DNA from: Bacteroidota bacterium | GTDB taxonomy: Bacteria > Bacteroidota > Bacteroidia > Chitinophagales > JACZTA01 | Length of the DNA: 39,633 nt | Reading direction: 5' to 3' | NCBI GenBank assembly: GCA_022573915.1 | Contig: JACZTA010000003.1 | Span: 1-39,633 of the forward strand | Shown: one piece after another, positions 28,796-37,735 of the stretch | Layout of the letters: the number at the start of each line of letters is the position of its first letter | Position numbering within the stretch: the stretch's first letter is position 1 | Made by a program: the position numbers and the translations under genes | Notes under the pieces: model-generated | Seen by the model: only the letters and a program-made list of their open reading frames with translations | What the model was told of the DNA's origin: nothing | Databases searched by the model: none

Positions 28796-31216
28796 CTACG
28801 ATTTTCTCTTTTTAAGACTAAAATCGATCTTGTAATAAAAAATGGGCAAGAAACCCAGCTGATATACTTCACGGGTAGGACTGGATCCATTGGTATATAC
28901 CAATTTCAAAATGTTTTCCTGGCCTGTCAGATTTACAAGATCTATACCGATCTCATGTGTGACCTTTTTCGTATTGATCTTGTAATTCAGTTTAACATCA
29001 AATCTGAAATAATCCCTGAATTGCTTGGAATTAGTGAGTGAATCAAAATAAACGGTGTATCCATTTATCCTTGAAGACATCGTATCAACAGGGGTATAAC
29101 GCCTGCCACCGGCCCAGGTCACCTTACTACCTATACCAAAAGAAGTTCTGTTTTTCTTTCCCCAGGTAAATTCTTTTCCACCCAAAGCATTAACAACATG
29201 GCCGGCATTGAAGATACTGGTATTCGTAATTTTATTGCTGCCCTTATAAGATGCGTCACTCAGAGAGGCGGTAACCATGCCGAACCATCCTTTATTGAAG
29301 AATTTTTCCAGTGTCATCTCGATTCCTTTGTTTGCACCGGTACCCGAGTTAGTTAAACTATCCGGGTAAAAGCGATTTAGGTCCCAGCCTTCATTGAGCA
29401 ATGAATAATATGAATTATAATAAGTAACAGGAATATTATACAAGGCTTGATAATAGGTTTCTAATTTCAACCTAAAATTGCTGTTTAAATACCTGTTATA
29501 GCCTATTACAAGATGATTGCTTCTTTGGAAGTCAAGGTCCTTGTTGGGCGCAACCGTGTTTCCATTTATATCTTCCATTTCTGCGAAATAAACGTAGGTA
29601 GGTATCATCTGACTATGCATTCCTATACCTGCAGAAAGCGTATTGTTGGGTAAGAATTCCCATTTCATGCCTAATCTTGGTTCCAGCGAAGTACTACCAT
29701 TCAATGTTAAGATTTGCCCATGGATTCCCGTATTGAAATTTAATCTATCCGTTGCACGCCATGTCCATTGCACATAAGGTTGAATTAAAACAAAGTCATC
29801 TGTGGCCTGCAGTCTTGTATGAAAACTTGAATCAGGAATATTTTGAAAGATGCTATCGACCAGGTTTACATGCGTGAGGTCCGACATGAAGCCGGCTTTT
29901 ATCAAATGTTTGGCAGAAAGCTTGCTATTAACGAAATAGGAAACAGAATAATTCGTCAGATTAAAGTCATAGCCCACATAATTGGTCAACTTATTCAGAA
30001 CGTACTCGCCATTTACTATACTTCTATGAATCTTCTGCTGCAAATTATGCTGATTTTGATACGTCGTTGAGAGAGTCAACTTCATATAGCTCTTATCCCC
30101 CAAAGTTTTCAGGTAGTTCATACCCAAAACACCCATCTTGGTACCGAAATACTCATCTATTTCATCGTCACCGTACAAACCGACATCTGCCGTATCTGTT
30201 AATGTACTTTTAATAATTTCTATGTCACTTATTCCACCAATTCCAAAAAACGATAAGTAACCTGACTTTTTAGAAATTAAATTGATCTTGAAAGAGGCAT
30301 CCTGGTACCGGGGTGTTGCGTCGGTGCCAATATCTATACCCAGGAAATGAAAGATCGAAATGGTAGAATATCTATAATTAAATAGATAGGATGATTTACC
30401 ATCTTTAGAGAATGGTCCTTCCACCAAAGCTTCCGTGCCCAGGAAACCCCATTGAAAAGCGCCTTCGGTCCTTTCATTATTTCCATTTCTCATTTTCAGA
30501 TCGAAAACAGCTGCATTTGAATTGCCATACTCTGCAGGGAATGCACCCGTTAAAAAATCTGAATTAGAGAGTAATTTATTGTTCAGGATGGCAACCGGTC
30601 CGCCGGTTGTACCGCTTACGCCGAAGTGATTCGGATTGGGAATATTGACGCCTTCCAGTCTCCACAAAACGCCTAAAGGAGAATTCCCCCTGCTAATAAT
30701 ATCGTTGCTTGAATCATCATTTCCCTGCACGCCTGCAAAGTTCGATGCCATTCGTGCGGGATCCCCGCGACTACCTGCATACCTTTCCGTTTCTTCAACC
30801 GAAAACATACGGGAACTCACGGAGGTCATTTCATTGATGGATTCCCCTTTCTTCTTGTAAACGGATACTTCGACTTCTATCACACCAAGAGAGGATTCCT
30901 CCAGCTCTATGCTTAAAAACACTTCTTTTCCGGAGTTCACTATGATATTTGGAAGAACAATGCCCTTGTAACCAAGATACGCGACATGAATATGGTATCT
31001 TCCAACAGCCAGATCCTCTAACCGGAAATCTCCATTTGCATCCACCGCGGTTCCCTTGATCAATGTGGAATCCTGATAGGCTGCAACAGTGGCTGAGATA
31101 AGAGGGCCCTTGGTATCTATATCGTGAACGGTTCCTCTGATCGTCTGGGTTATTTCCTGGGCGTTAACAATAAAACTTGTCAATAATAGAATAACAGGAA
31201 GCAATAGGTTTTTCAT
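28796..31216 (-). CDS. TonB-dependent receptor with N-terminal carboxypeptidase-regulatory-like domain
   Basis: QTIRGTV.D...GDFRL, plug DPARMASNFAGV, RGNSP, PNPNHF, GAFPAEYGN; barrel EPRLG, YFRFD, C-terminal YKIDF. Confidence 0.92.
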   Translation of the reverse strand: MKNLLLPVILLLTSFIVNAQEITQTIRGTVHDIDTKGPLISATVAAYQDSTLIKGTAVDANGDFRLEDLAVGRYHIHVAYLGYKGIVLPNIIVNSGKEVFLSIELEESSLGVIEVEVSVYKKKGESINEMTSVSSRMFSVEETERYAGSRGDPARMASNFAGVQGNDDSSNDIISRGNSPLGVLWRLEGVNIPNPNHFGVSGTTGGPVAILNNKLLSNSDFLTGAFPAEYGNSNAAVFDLKMRNGNNERTEGAFQWGFLGTEALVEGPFSKDGKSSYLFNYRYSTISIFHFLGIDIGTDATPRYQDASFKINLISKKSGYLSFFGIGGISDIEIIKSTLTDTADVGLYGDDEIDEYFGTKMGVLGMNYLKTLGDKSYMKLTLSTTYQNQHNLQQKIHRSIVNGEYVLNKLTNYVGYDFNLTNYSVSYFVNSKLSAKHLIKAGFMSDLTHVNLVDSIFQNIPDSSFHTRLQATDDFVLIQPYVQWTWRATDRLNFNTGIHGQILTLNGSTSLEPRLGMKWEFLPNNTLSAGIGMHSQMIPTYVYFAEMEDINGNTVAPNKDLDFQRSNHLVIGYNRYLNSNFRLKLETYYQALYNIPVTYYNSYYSLLNEGWDLNRFYPDSLTNSGTGANKGIEMTLEKFFNKGWFGMVTASLSDASYKGSNKITNTSIFNAGHVVNALGGKEFTWGKKNRTSFGIGSKVTWAGGRRYTPVDTMSSRINGYTVYFDSLTNSKQFRDYFRFDVKLNYKINTKKVTHEIGIDLVNLTGQENILKLVYTNGSSPTREVYQLGFLPIFYYKIDFSLKKRKS

Positions 31217-31254
31217 CCAATTTCGTTTTATATAATGTTAACGTTAGCTTTATT

Positions 31255-31758
31255 TTACCTTATGCTTGAAATGTCAATGTTTGGTGGAATACCTTGCGGA
31301 AATCTCGCGAACATCTTTAGTTTATCATCTGTCATTTTTTTATCGCTGTAGGTGAAGCTAAATGCCCCGGATACTGTCACATTGGTAGTTACTATTAAGT
31401 TGATAGGGGCAGTAATAACAAGAAAAATTCCATGAGCAACTGTAGATAAAGTGAATAGAGGAATTGTCCAGAGATAATTTTTTGGTCTCGCGTATCTTAT
31501 CTTGAAACTGCTGATTTCACTTATGGGAACAATCACAGATTGAGGTATTTCTTTAGTTCTAACTAGTACTACCAAACGGATGCTGTCAACTGCTATTAAT
31601 TCACCTTTCACCATTTTATCTTCTATGCGATAAATAGTAATATATGACCCGAACCTATTTTCGTCAATGTTGCTTGACTTGGGCAGGTACTTTTGCGTAG
31701 TACAACTACTAATTAAGACAGCCAGTAATAATCCTAAAATTATATAACTAATTCTCAT
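31255..31758 (-). CDS. Uncharacterised lipoprotein
   Basis: Lipobox LISSC; small beta-barrel-like VKGELIAVD...VPISEI; hydrophobic segment; C-terminal ARFPQGIP. Overlaps the upstream gene by 11 nt. Confidence 0.75.
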   Translation of the reverse strand: MRISYIILGLLLAVLISSCTTQKYLPKSSNIDENRFGSYITIYRIEDKMVKGELIAVDSIRLVVLVRTKEIPQSVIVPISEISSFKIRYARPKNYLWTIPLFTLSTVAHGIFLVITAPINLIVTTNVTVSGAFSFTYSDKKMTDDKLKMFARFPQGIPPNIDISSIR

Positions 31759-33358
31759 AATACGAAAATTCTTTTGTGTCTATTCTTGAATTCCAGAATT
31801 CCTGCTCCATTTGCGATTCATATTGTTTATAAATAGCCGCCTCTACTTTAAGATATTTTGACGGGTTTTGAATCATTTGCCGCAACTTGAGCAAGTTCTT
31901 GTCTTTGAGCCAGTGTTCCCGCATCCATTCAAGATAATAACCCTTTGAATAAAGGAACAACTCGTAATCCTGATCCTCAGCAGGGAGAATAAATTTGAAT
32001 TTATATTCGTCTCCCGGCATGGAGATCAAATAATCATCAGGTGAGATGACGCGCGCCAGGGCATCCTTATCGACCATACCTTTATCAAGTACCATTTTCG
32101 GGAGGATCTCAAGAGGTTCGATCTTTTGCCGGATATTAGTCAAGGCTAAATAATCGATGCGCCATAAACCCTTATTTAAAACCAGTTTTATCTTTATACT
32201 GGAATCCGTGCCGCTGGTATTTAGCGGTAGTATTTGATTGTTGAATGCAATTGGCCCTGTTTCGAAAAACCCATTTTGTAGCTCCCATTCATTGAATTGT
32301 TTGTCCCATACATAAACATCAATATCCCCCAATTCTGACCGGATTCCGTTTTTAAGTTTATTATTAGTTTTAGGGTTTAATTCCATTTTTGTAAAAATAT
32401 CTCCAACCTCATCTCCCATATAACCTATTGCACTGTAGATGAAATAAGTCGTCATTAGAGTTTGACGAAAGTTGACCAATAGTCCCAGGTCATTTGAATT
32501 CTCCACATTATCGAAGCTTAAAAAAATCTCCTCTCTACTGTTCAAGTCGTGCTCGTCCGAAAGGCTGAACCTTTCTTCACGGTCATTAAGGCTAACCAAA
32601 GATCTAATATCACCCTCCGGCCCAATTGCGTTTGTTACCGGGTACGTGTTTTCACATAAATAAAAGTCATTACTTGGGGAATGATAGATGCGCTGGCCTT
32701 CTTTTCTGGGATAAGCCAATAGCTTGACATTATTAACGCAATGAGTTTCTAACGCTTCATTCTTCATCGTAATTGAAAACGACCCGTCTGAAATGAATGG
32801 ATTATTCAATGCATCTATGTCATAATACTCCAGTGAAGGAAGTATTGCATTTGAGAATCCTTCGGCATCTGCATAATGAAAGTTGTTGTCTTCATTCATA
32901 TAAAAGGTTGGACATGAACCGAAGCAAGCTTTTGGATTGGTTATACACAGAACTCCAATAAGCACATCAACGGCTGTAAGCAACGTAAGCTGAGCAATTC
33001 TTCCGGCTTCAGTTTCAGCTAACTTTTTATTGGTCTCAAAAATGGCTACGCTGTCTACCGGAAATGATACCTCACCTTCATATATTATATTCCTGTTAAA
33101 ATCATACAGAGATCCGAACCCCAAGACAGTATTCCCGGCGTAATTTATTACCCAAGAATCTTTAATAATATAAACGTCACCGTTCTTCATATGCGCCTTT
33201 AGGAATGGCTTGATGCTTAGGCTATCAGTATTATGCAAGAGTTCATTTACATCCCGATAATTCGAACGAAAATAATAGGTTCGGCAAGCCTGAAAAGATA
33301 TTATACAGATGGCTAGCCCCAAGAGAATAAACGCGTATTTGTACTTATTATATTTCAT
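31748..33358 (-). CDS. Uncharacterised lipoprotein with a Cys cluster and GSCP motif
   Basis: Lipobox FQAC; LCITNPKACFGSCPTFY; SKGYYLEW; 536-aa ORF. Confidence 0.78.
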   Translation of the reverse strand: MKYNKYKYAFILLGLAICIISFQACRTYYFRSNYRDVNELLHNTDSLSIKPFLKAHMKNGDVYIIKDSWVINYAGNTVLGFGSLYDFNRNIIYEGEVSFPVDSVAIFETNKKLAETEAGRIAQLTLLTAVDVLIGVLCITNPKACFGSCPTFYMNEDNNFHYADAEGFSNAILPSLEYYDIDALNNPFISDGSFSITMKNEALETHCVNNVKLLAYPRKEGQRIYHSPSNDFYLCENTYPVTNAIGPEGDIRSLVSLNDREERFSLSDEHDLNSREEIFLSFDNVENSNDLGLLVNFRQTLMTTYFIYSAIGYMGDEVGDIFTKMELNPKTNNKLKNGIRSELGDIDVYVWDKQFNEWELQNGFFETGPIAFNNQILPLNTSGTDSSIKIKLVLNKGLWRIDYLALTNIRQKIEPLEILPKMVLDKGMVDKDALARVISPDDYLISMPGDEYKFKFILPAEDQDYELFLYSKGYYLEWMREHWLKDKNLLKLRQMIQNPSKYLKVEAAIYKQYESQMEQEFWNSRIDTKEFSYYEN

Positions 33359-33469
33359 TTTGATCGATTCGTTACCATTTAAAAATACATATTATATTGC
33401 TGATTTATTGAAAAGTAAATCAAAGGCAGCTTCCAGCTGAATGTAGTTTTTGGCTTTTGCCGGCAATTC

Positions 33470-35179
33470 CTATTCCTTAATTATTTTGAACAGCGTGGTC
33501 TTGTCATCTGCATCAATTCGAATAAAATAAAGCCCCGACTTTAATTGCCCTATAGCAAGATCAATAATTTGGGTGTTCTTAAAAGACGACTTCAAAATTT
33601 CCTGGCCCAGTAGGTTAACCAAGGTTACAGATAGTTCAGCCGGCGTATCATTCAATTTGATGTACACCTTATTATTTGTTGGATTTGGGTAAACAGAAAT
33701 CTCAGAATCAATATTATTTTCTATTATTCCTACTAATGGTGACATTGAATATTTTGCAAAAAAGATGTCAACCCTGCCATTAGAGGTAAGGTTTGCAACT
33801 CCCGGACCCGGATCGAAGTCTGCGGTGGCCCCTAGGCGGCCCGCAACCAAAACATCGTCTGAGCCATCTATGGCGATACCCCAACCATCGTCGATTTTTG
33901 AGCTGCCTATGCTGATGGCCCATAGGTAATTTCCATTGGAATCATAGCCGGCGACAAAGACATCTACAGATCCATTACCGTAAAGATTCATAGTTCCCGC
34001 TCCCGGATCAAAGTCAGTTGTGTCCATAAAGTATCCTGTTATAACAACGTCGTTTGATGAATTCGTCGCGATAGAAAAAGCAACATCTGCACCCGATCCA
34101 CCCATATTTCTTGCCCATATATAGTTCCCACCGGTATCGTACTTTGCGATGAATACGTCGTTCGCTCCTTTGGAAATTAGATTAGCAGTTCCTGCCCCGG
34201 GGTCGAAATCAGCCGTATCGGAGCAATAACCTGTCAGTAGTATATATCCGGAACCATCGAGGGTGATAGAGTACCCACCGGCATTATTTACATTTTTTAC
34301 CCATACAAGATTTCCATTGAGATCGTATTTTGCGAAGTACATATCAATACTGTCGGATATAAGATTCACAGTTCCGGCACCCGGATCAAAGTCTACTGTG
34401 TCCCTGAATGAACCTGTGATCAGTATATTACCACTAGCATCTACGATAATAGATTCCGCACCATCGTAACCTGACCCTCCTATGCTTTTTGCCCAGAGAT
34501 AGTTTCCGTTCACATCGTATTTTGCAAAGAAGATATCTCTACTTCCGTTAGAGATCAGGTTGACAGTTCCAGCACCGGGATCAAAGTCGGCTGTGTCCGT
34601 AAAACTACCCGTTAGGATAACATTACCGGATCCATCCATGGTAATGGCTTTGCCGACACCATCAATATTTGCGTTAATACTCTTTGCCCAAAGGTAGTTT
34701 CCATTATCATCGTATTTTGCAAAAAAGATGTTTCGTGATGCGCCCTTGGAAGTGAGATTTGCAGTGCCTGCTCCCGGGTCAAAATCCACCGTGTCCAGGA
34801 AGTATCCTGTAATTAGAACATTTCCTGAATTATCAGTGGTGATAGCCCATCCATAATCAGAGTATACGCCGCCAATGTTTTTTGCCCAGAGATAGTTTCC
34901 ATTGGCATCATACTTTGCAAAAAATATATCAAAATTGTGATTAAATGGTGTGAGGTTGGCTGTTCCCGGACCCGGATCGAAGTCTGCCACTTTTTGAAAA
35001 ATACCCGTTACAAAGACATTACCTGAGCCATCAGTGGCGATGGATGTAGCCCAATCATCACTATTGGTATTACCTGAACTGCCCATGCTTTTTGCCCAGT
35101 GGTAGTTTTGAGCAACCAGGCAATTTACAGAGAACATAATTATTATTACAAGCTGTCCTATTTTTTTCCTGCATCCCAT
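33470..35179 (-). CDS. SBBP-repeat seven-bladed beta-propeller with T9SS CTD
   Basis: Seven ~60-aa repeats containing DFDPG[AP]G and FFAKYD.NGNYLWAK; YPNPT...GLYFIRI...KIIKE CTD; signal peptide. Confidence 0.88.
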   Translation of the reverse strand: MGCRKKIGQLVIIIMFSVNCLVAQNYHWAKSMGSSGNTNSDDWATSIATDGSGNVFVTGIFQKVADFDPGPGTANLTPFNHNFDIFFAKYDANGNYLWAKNIGGVYSDYGWAITTDNSGNVLITGYFLDTVDFDPGAGTANLTSKGASRNIFFAKYDDNGNYLWAKSINANIDGVGKAITMDGSGNVILTGSFTDTADFDPGAGTVNLISNGSRDIFFAKYDVNGNYLWAKSIGGSGYDGAESIIVDASGNILITGSFRDTVDFDPGAGTVNLISDSIDMYFAKYDLNGNLVWVKNVNNAGGYSITLDGSGYILLTGYCSDTADFDPGAGTANLISKGANDVFIAKYDTGGNYIWARNMGGSGADVAFSIATNSSNDVVITGYFMDTTDFDPGAGTMNLYGNGSVDVFVAGYDSNGNYLWAISIGSSKIDDGWGIAIDGSDDVLVAGRLGATADFDPGPGVANLTSNGRVDIFFAKYSMSPLVGIIENNIDSEISVYPNPTNNKVYIKLNDTPAELSVTLVNLLGQEILKSSFKNTQIIDLAIGQLKSGLYFIRIDADDKTTLFKIIKE

Positions 35180-35336
35180 TTCTTTATAATTTTAATGTTT
35201 ATCAAATCTAATAGCAAACCACCCTCCGGTTCCTGATAGCGATATCCCATTGATAGCTTGTGCGTTTTAATTATGATCCAATATTACATTCAAAAGGAGC
35301 AGATCTCTAATTGGATTTAGAGTTACGGAACACTCA

Positions 35337-35357
35337 TATTTGCAGAAATTGCAAATA
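35337..35357. promoter_or_regulatory. Candidate operator palindrome between the divergent SBBP and HTH genes
   Basis: TATTTGCA-GAAAT-TGCAAATA (perfect 8-5-8). Confidence 0.5.
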
Positions 35358-35481
35358 ATGCGTGAAAAGAGCGCTTCATTATTAATTTTTACTAATTTTA
35401 GTTCAAAATAGGTAGGATTATGGATTTATACTTAAATTATTTTCATATAAAAAATGTTTGCGATATAAAATCTGATTAACC

Positions 35482-36495
35482 ATGGGCAAACCGAGTGTAT
35501 CACAGCAGGAATTTTTCACACAGATCAAGGATCTACTTCCTTCAAACCTGGCTTTGGTTGATGAGGTGGCAGATGTGCTTGACCTGGGCACCGATAGTGC
35601 ATACCGAAGGATCAGGGGGGAGAAGGAATTATCATTTGAGGAGATGCGCACTTTGGCTTCACGTTTCAAGCTATCAGTGGACAGCATATTAAATAATTCT
35701 ACGGATTCGGTCACATTTCAGTTTTTAGGAATAGATGAAAAGAGCTACACATTCGAGAATTATCTTACGACGATCTTGGTAGATATGAAGGAGTTCGATC
35801 AAATGGGTGATGTGGAATTTGTCTTCATTCTCAACGAACTCAATATTTTTCAGATAATGCAGTTTCCCGAGCTGATCGCTTTCCGGATGTTCTTTTGGAA
35901 TAAATCGAATTTTGGATTTGAAGGGTATAAAGACAAGAAATTTGAATTTATGCTTGATGGATCCGATTCTTCTTCAAAGATAATTCCTTTAGCCCGGGAG
36001 ATCGTGAAGCTCTACACTCGGACCCCGAGTACGGAAATTATAACAGACGACGTAGTTAACAGTTATCTTAAACAAATAAAATACTACTACGAGGCGGGGT
36101 ATTTTAAAGAAAAAGAACAGGCCATAGTTATTGCAACCAAGCTTGTGGAGTTAATTGAACATATTGAAAGGCAAGCTGAAGAAGAAACTAAGTTTGAACC
36201 CGGGTTAGCCCCCGCAAATGTAAACGGAGAGTTCAAACTGTATTTTAATGACCTGGTGCTGCTGGATCACTCAGTTTTAGTAAAAACAGGAGAAGGCGGA
36301 ATAACTTACTTGCTAAACAATGCCATAAACTACCTGGCTTCCCGAAACCAGGCATTCTTTGAGCATAATTATAAATGGACCCAAAATATGCTTAAACGAA
36401 TGACCTTGATCAGTGGCTCTGCTGAAAAAGAAAGGCGTATGTTTTTTAACGAGGTAAAAGAGACAGTACACGCTTTCATCGAGTCGCTGAAATAA
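35482..36495 (+). CDS. HTH (XRE/BetR-like) transcriptional regulator with a large C-terminal domain
   Basis: LVDEVADVLDLGTDSAYRRIRGEKELSFEE...FKLSVD; C-terminal LISGSAEKER.MFF. Confidence 0.8.
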   Translation: MGKPSVSQQEFFTQIKDLLPSNLALVDEVADVLDLGTDSAYRRIRGEKELSFEEMRTLASRFKLSVDSILNNSTDSVTFQFLGIDEKSYTFENYLTTILVDMKEFDQMGDVEFVFILNELNIFQIMQFPELIAFRMFFWNKSNFGFEGYKDKKFEFMLDGSDSSSKIIPLAREIVKLYTRTPSTEIITDDVVNSYLKQIKYYYEAGYFKEKEQAIVIATKLVELIEHIERQAEEETKFEPGLAPANVNGEFKLYFNDLVLLDHSVLVKTGEGGITYLLNNAINYLASRNQAFFEHNYKWTQNMLKRMTLISGSAEKERRMFFNEVKETVHAFIESLK

Positions 36496-36565
36496 GATAT
36501 CTTTACTAAAAAAATTTAGCAGAGCGAACTCACTCTCACACTCAAATTTAAACTCAAACACAAAA

Positions 36566-36641
36566 CGGGGTGTAGCGCAGTCCGGTTTAGCGCGCAGCGT
36601 TCGGGACGCTGAGGCCGGAGGTTCGAATCCTCTCACCCCGA
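36566..36641 (+). tRNA. trnP: tRNA-Pro(CGG), CCA not encoded
   Basis: Acceptor CGGGGTG/CACCCCG, D stem GCGC/GCGC, anticodon stem CAGCG/CGCTG with loop TT-CGG-GA, T arm GGAGG-TTCGAAT-CCTCT, discriminator A. Confidence 0.97.
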
Positions 36642-36645
36642 CTGC

Positions 36646-37059
36646 GCTCACCGAAGCTCCGAACGAAGAGAGGAGCGAAGGTGAGCTTCGCGAACAATTA
36701 ATAAACTCCTCCAACTTCTAAGGGGTGAGCTTCGTCGGGTGATACCCGATTCTTTCCCTATTTCCGACTTAAAGGAGGAGCGCAGGTGAGCTTCGCGAAC
36801 AATTAATAAACTCCTCCAACTTCTAAGGGGTGAGCTCCGTCGGGCGATGCCCGATTCCTAACTGAATCTGCACTGAAAGGAGGAGCGCCTTGCCTTTGCG
36901 AAGCGGATTTGGCGAAGCAAGGCAGGTGAGCTTTACGAACAATAAAGTAATTCTTCCGAATTCCAAAGGGGTGAGCTCCGTCGGGCGATGCCCGATTCCT
37001 AACTGAATCTGCACTGAAAGGGGGAGCGCCTTGCCTTGGCGAAGCAAGGCAGGTGAGCT
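36646..37059 (+). repeat. Structured tandem array of three ~105-bp units plus a partial fourth, downstream of tRNA-Pro
   Basis: AGGTGAGCT at 36679, 36784, 36924 and 37051 (periods 105, 140, 127; the excess is palindromic insertions of 35 and 21 bp). Internal hairpin TCGGGY-GAT-RCCCGA in each unit. Confidence 0.9.
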
Positions 37060-37068
37060 ACTTTGAAA

Positions 37069-37617
37069 TTAATTTAATGATGGATTCTCCGGAAAGTTGG
37101 AGATCGCTGCATAATCACTCCGTTCAGTTTGGATCACAGAACGCCATAACTCATATGTATCTTCGATAAATACATGCTCTTGATTAGCTTCTGTCACTAA
37201 CCAGGATTTGCTGTCTATTTCATCACGCAGCTGTCCGGGTCCCCAACCGGAATATCCCATGAAGAAACGAAAATCTTCCTCTTCTATCTGATCTGTCTCA
37301 ATCAATATTTTGAGTAATTCAAAGTTCCCACCCCAAAACAATCCATCCATCAATTCAACGCTGTCTTCAATAAGATCACCACGAGTATGAATAAAATGCA
37401 AAGTGTCGGTTTGAACAGGCCCACCGTAATAAAGTGTCCCTATGAAATTATCCAATTCAGGCACTGCATCCGCTAACGTTAGATCCAATGGTTTATTCAA
37501 AACAAATCCAAGCGTTCCCTCTCGTTCATGTTCACATAAGAGGATGACGGTTCTTTTAAAATTTGGATCCATTAAAAATGGATCTGAAATCAATAATCTG
37601 CCTGACTTAGGATGCAT
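37069..37617 (-). CDS. yqgE: YqgE/AlgH family protein
   Basis: DPNFKRTVILLCEH, GFVLNKP, GGPV, RFFMGYSGWGPGQL..EI, NPSLN. Confidence 0.92.
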   Translation of the reverse strand: MHPKSGRLLISDPFLMDPNFKRTVILLCEHEREGTLGFVLNKPLDLTLADAVPELDNFIGTLYYGGPVQTDTLHFIHTRGDLIEDSVELMDGLFWGGNFELLKILIETDQIEEEDFRFFMGYSGWGPGQLRDEIDSKSWLVTEANQEHVFIEDTYELWRSVIQTERSDYAAISNFPENPSLN

Positions 37618-37735
37618 AGCTAAGTTGCTTTTATATTTTACTAAATAAACTATTTTTAAATCTTATCTACACGCTTGAGTTAAATACAAGATAAACAAAA
37701 ATACATTCTGAAGGATAAACTAATCAGATATATTT

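Noticed and set aside
33470-35179. Nucleotide repeats as a diversity-generating retroelement or phase-variation cassette
   Set aside because: They are explained by the seven coding propeller blades, and no reverse transcriptase or recombinase is present.
36529-36564. Degenerate hexamer run (CTCACT CTCACA CTCAAA TTTAAA CTCAAA CACAAA) before the tRNA
   Set aside because: Real but short low-complexity leader sequence; no function can be supported.
36313-36714. 133-aa minus-strand ORF
   Set aside because: It is antisense to the regulator gene and the tRNA (GVRGFEPP is a typical tRNA shadow).
36823-37047. 74-aa minus-strand ORF with an internal repeat
   Set aside because: It is a translation of the DNA repeat array with no protein-like features.
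36646-37059. CRISPR array
   Set aside because: The intervening sequences are themselves repeated rather than unique, the constant motif is only about 8-11 bp, and there are no cas genes.
36566-37068. Integrated element (att site) at tRNA-Pro
   Set aside because: No integrase, no long direct repeat of the tRNA 3' end was noticed, and housekeeping genes follow directly.
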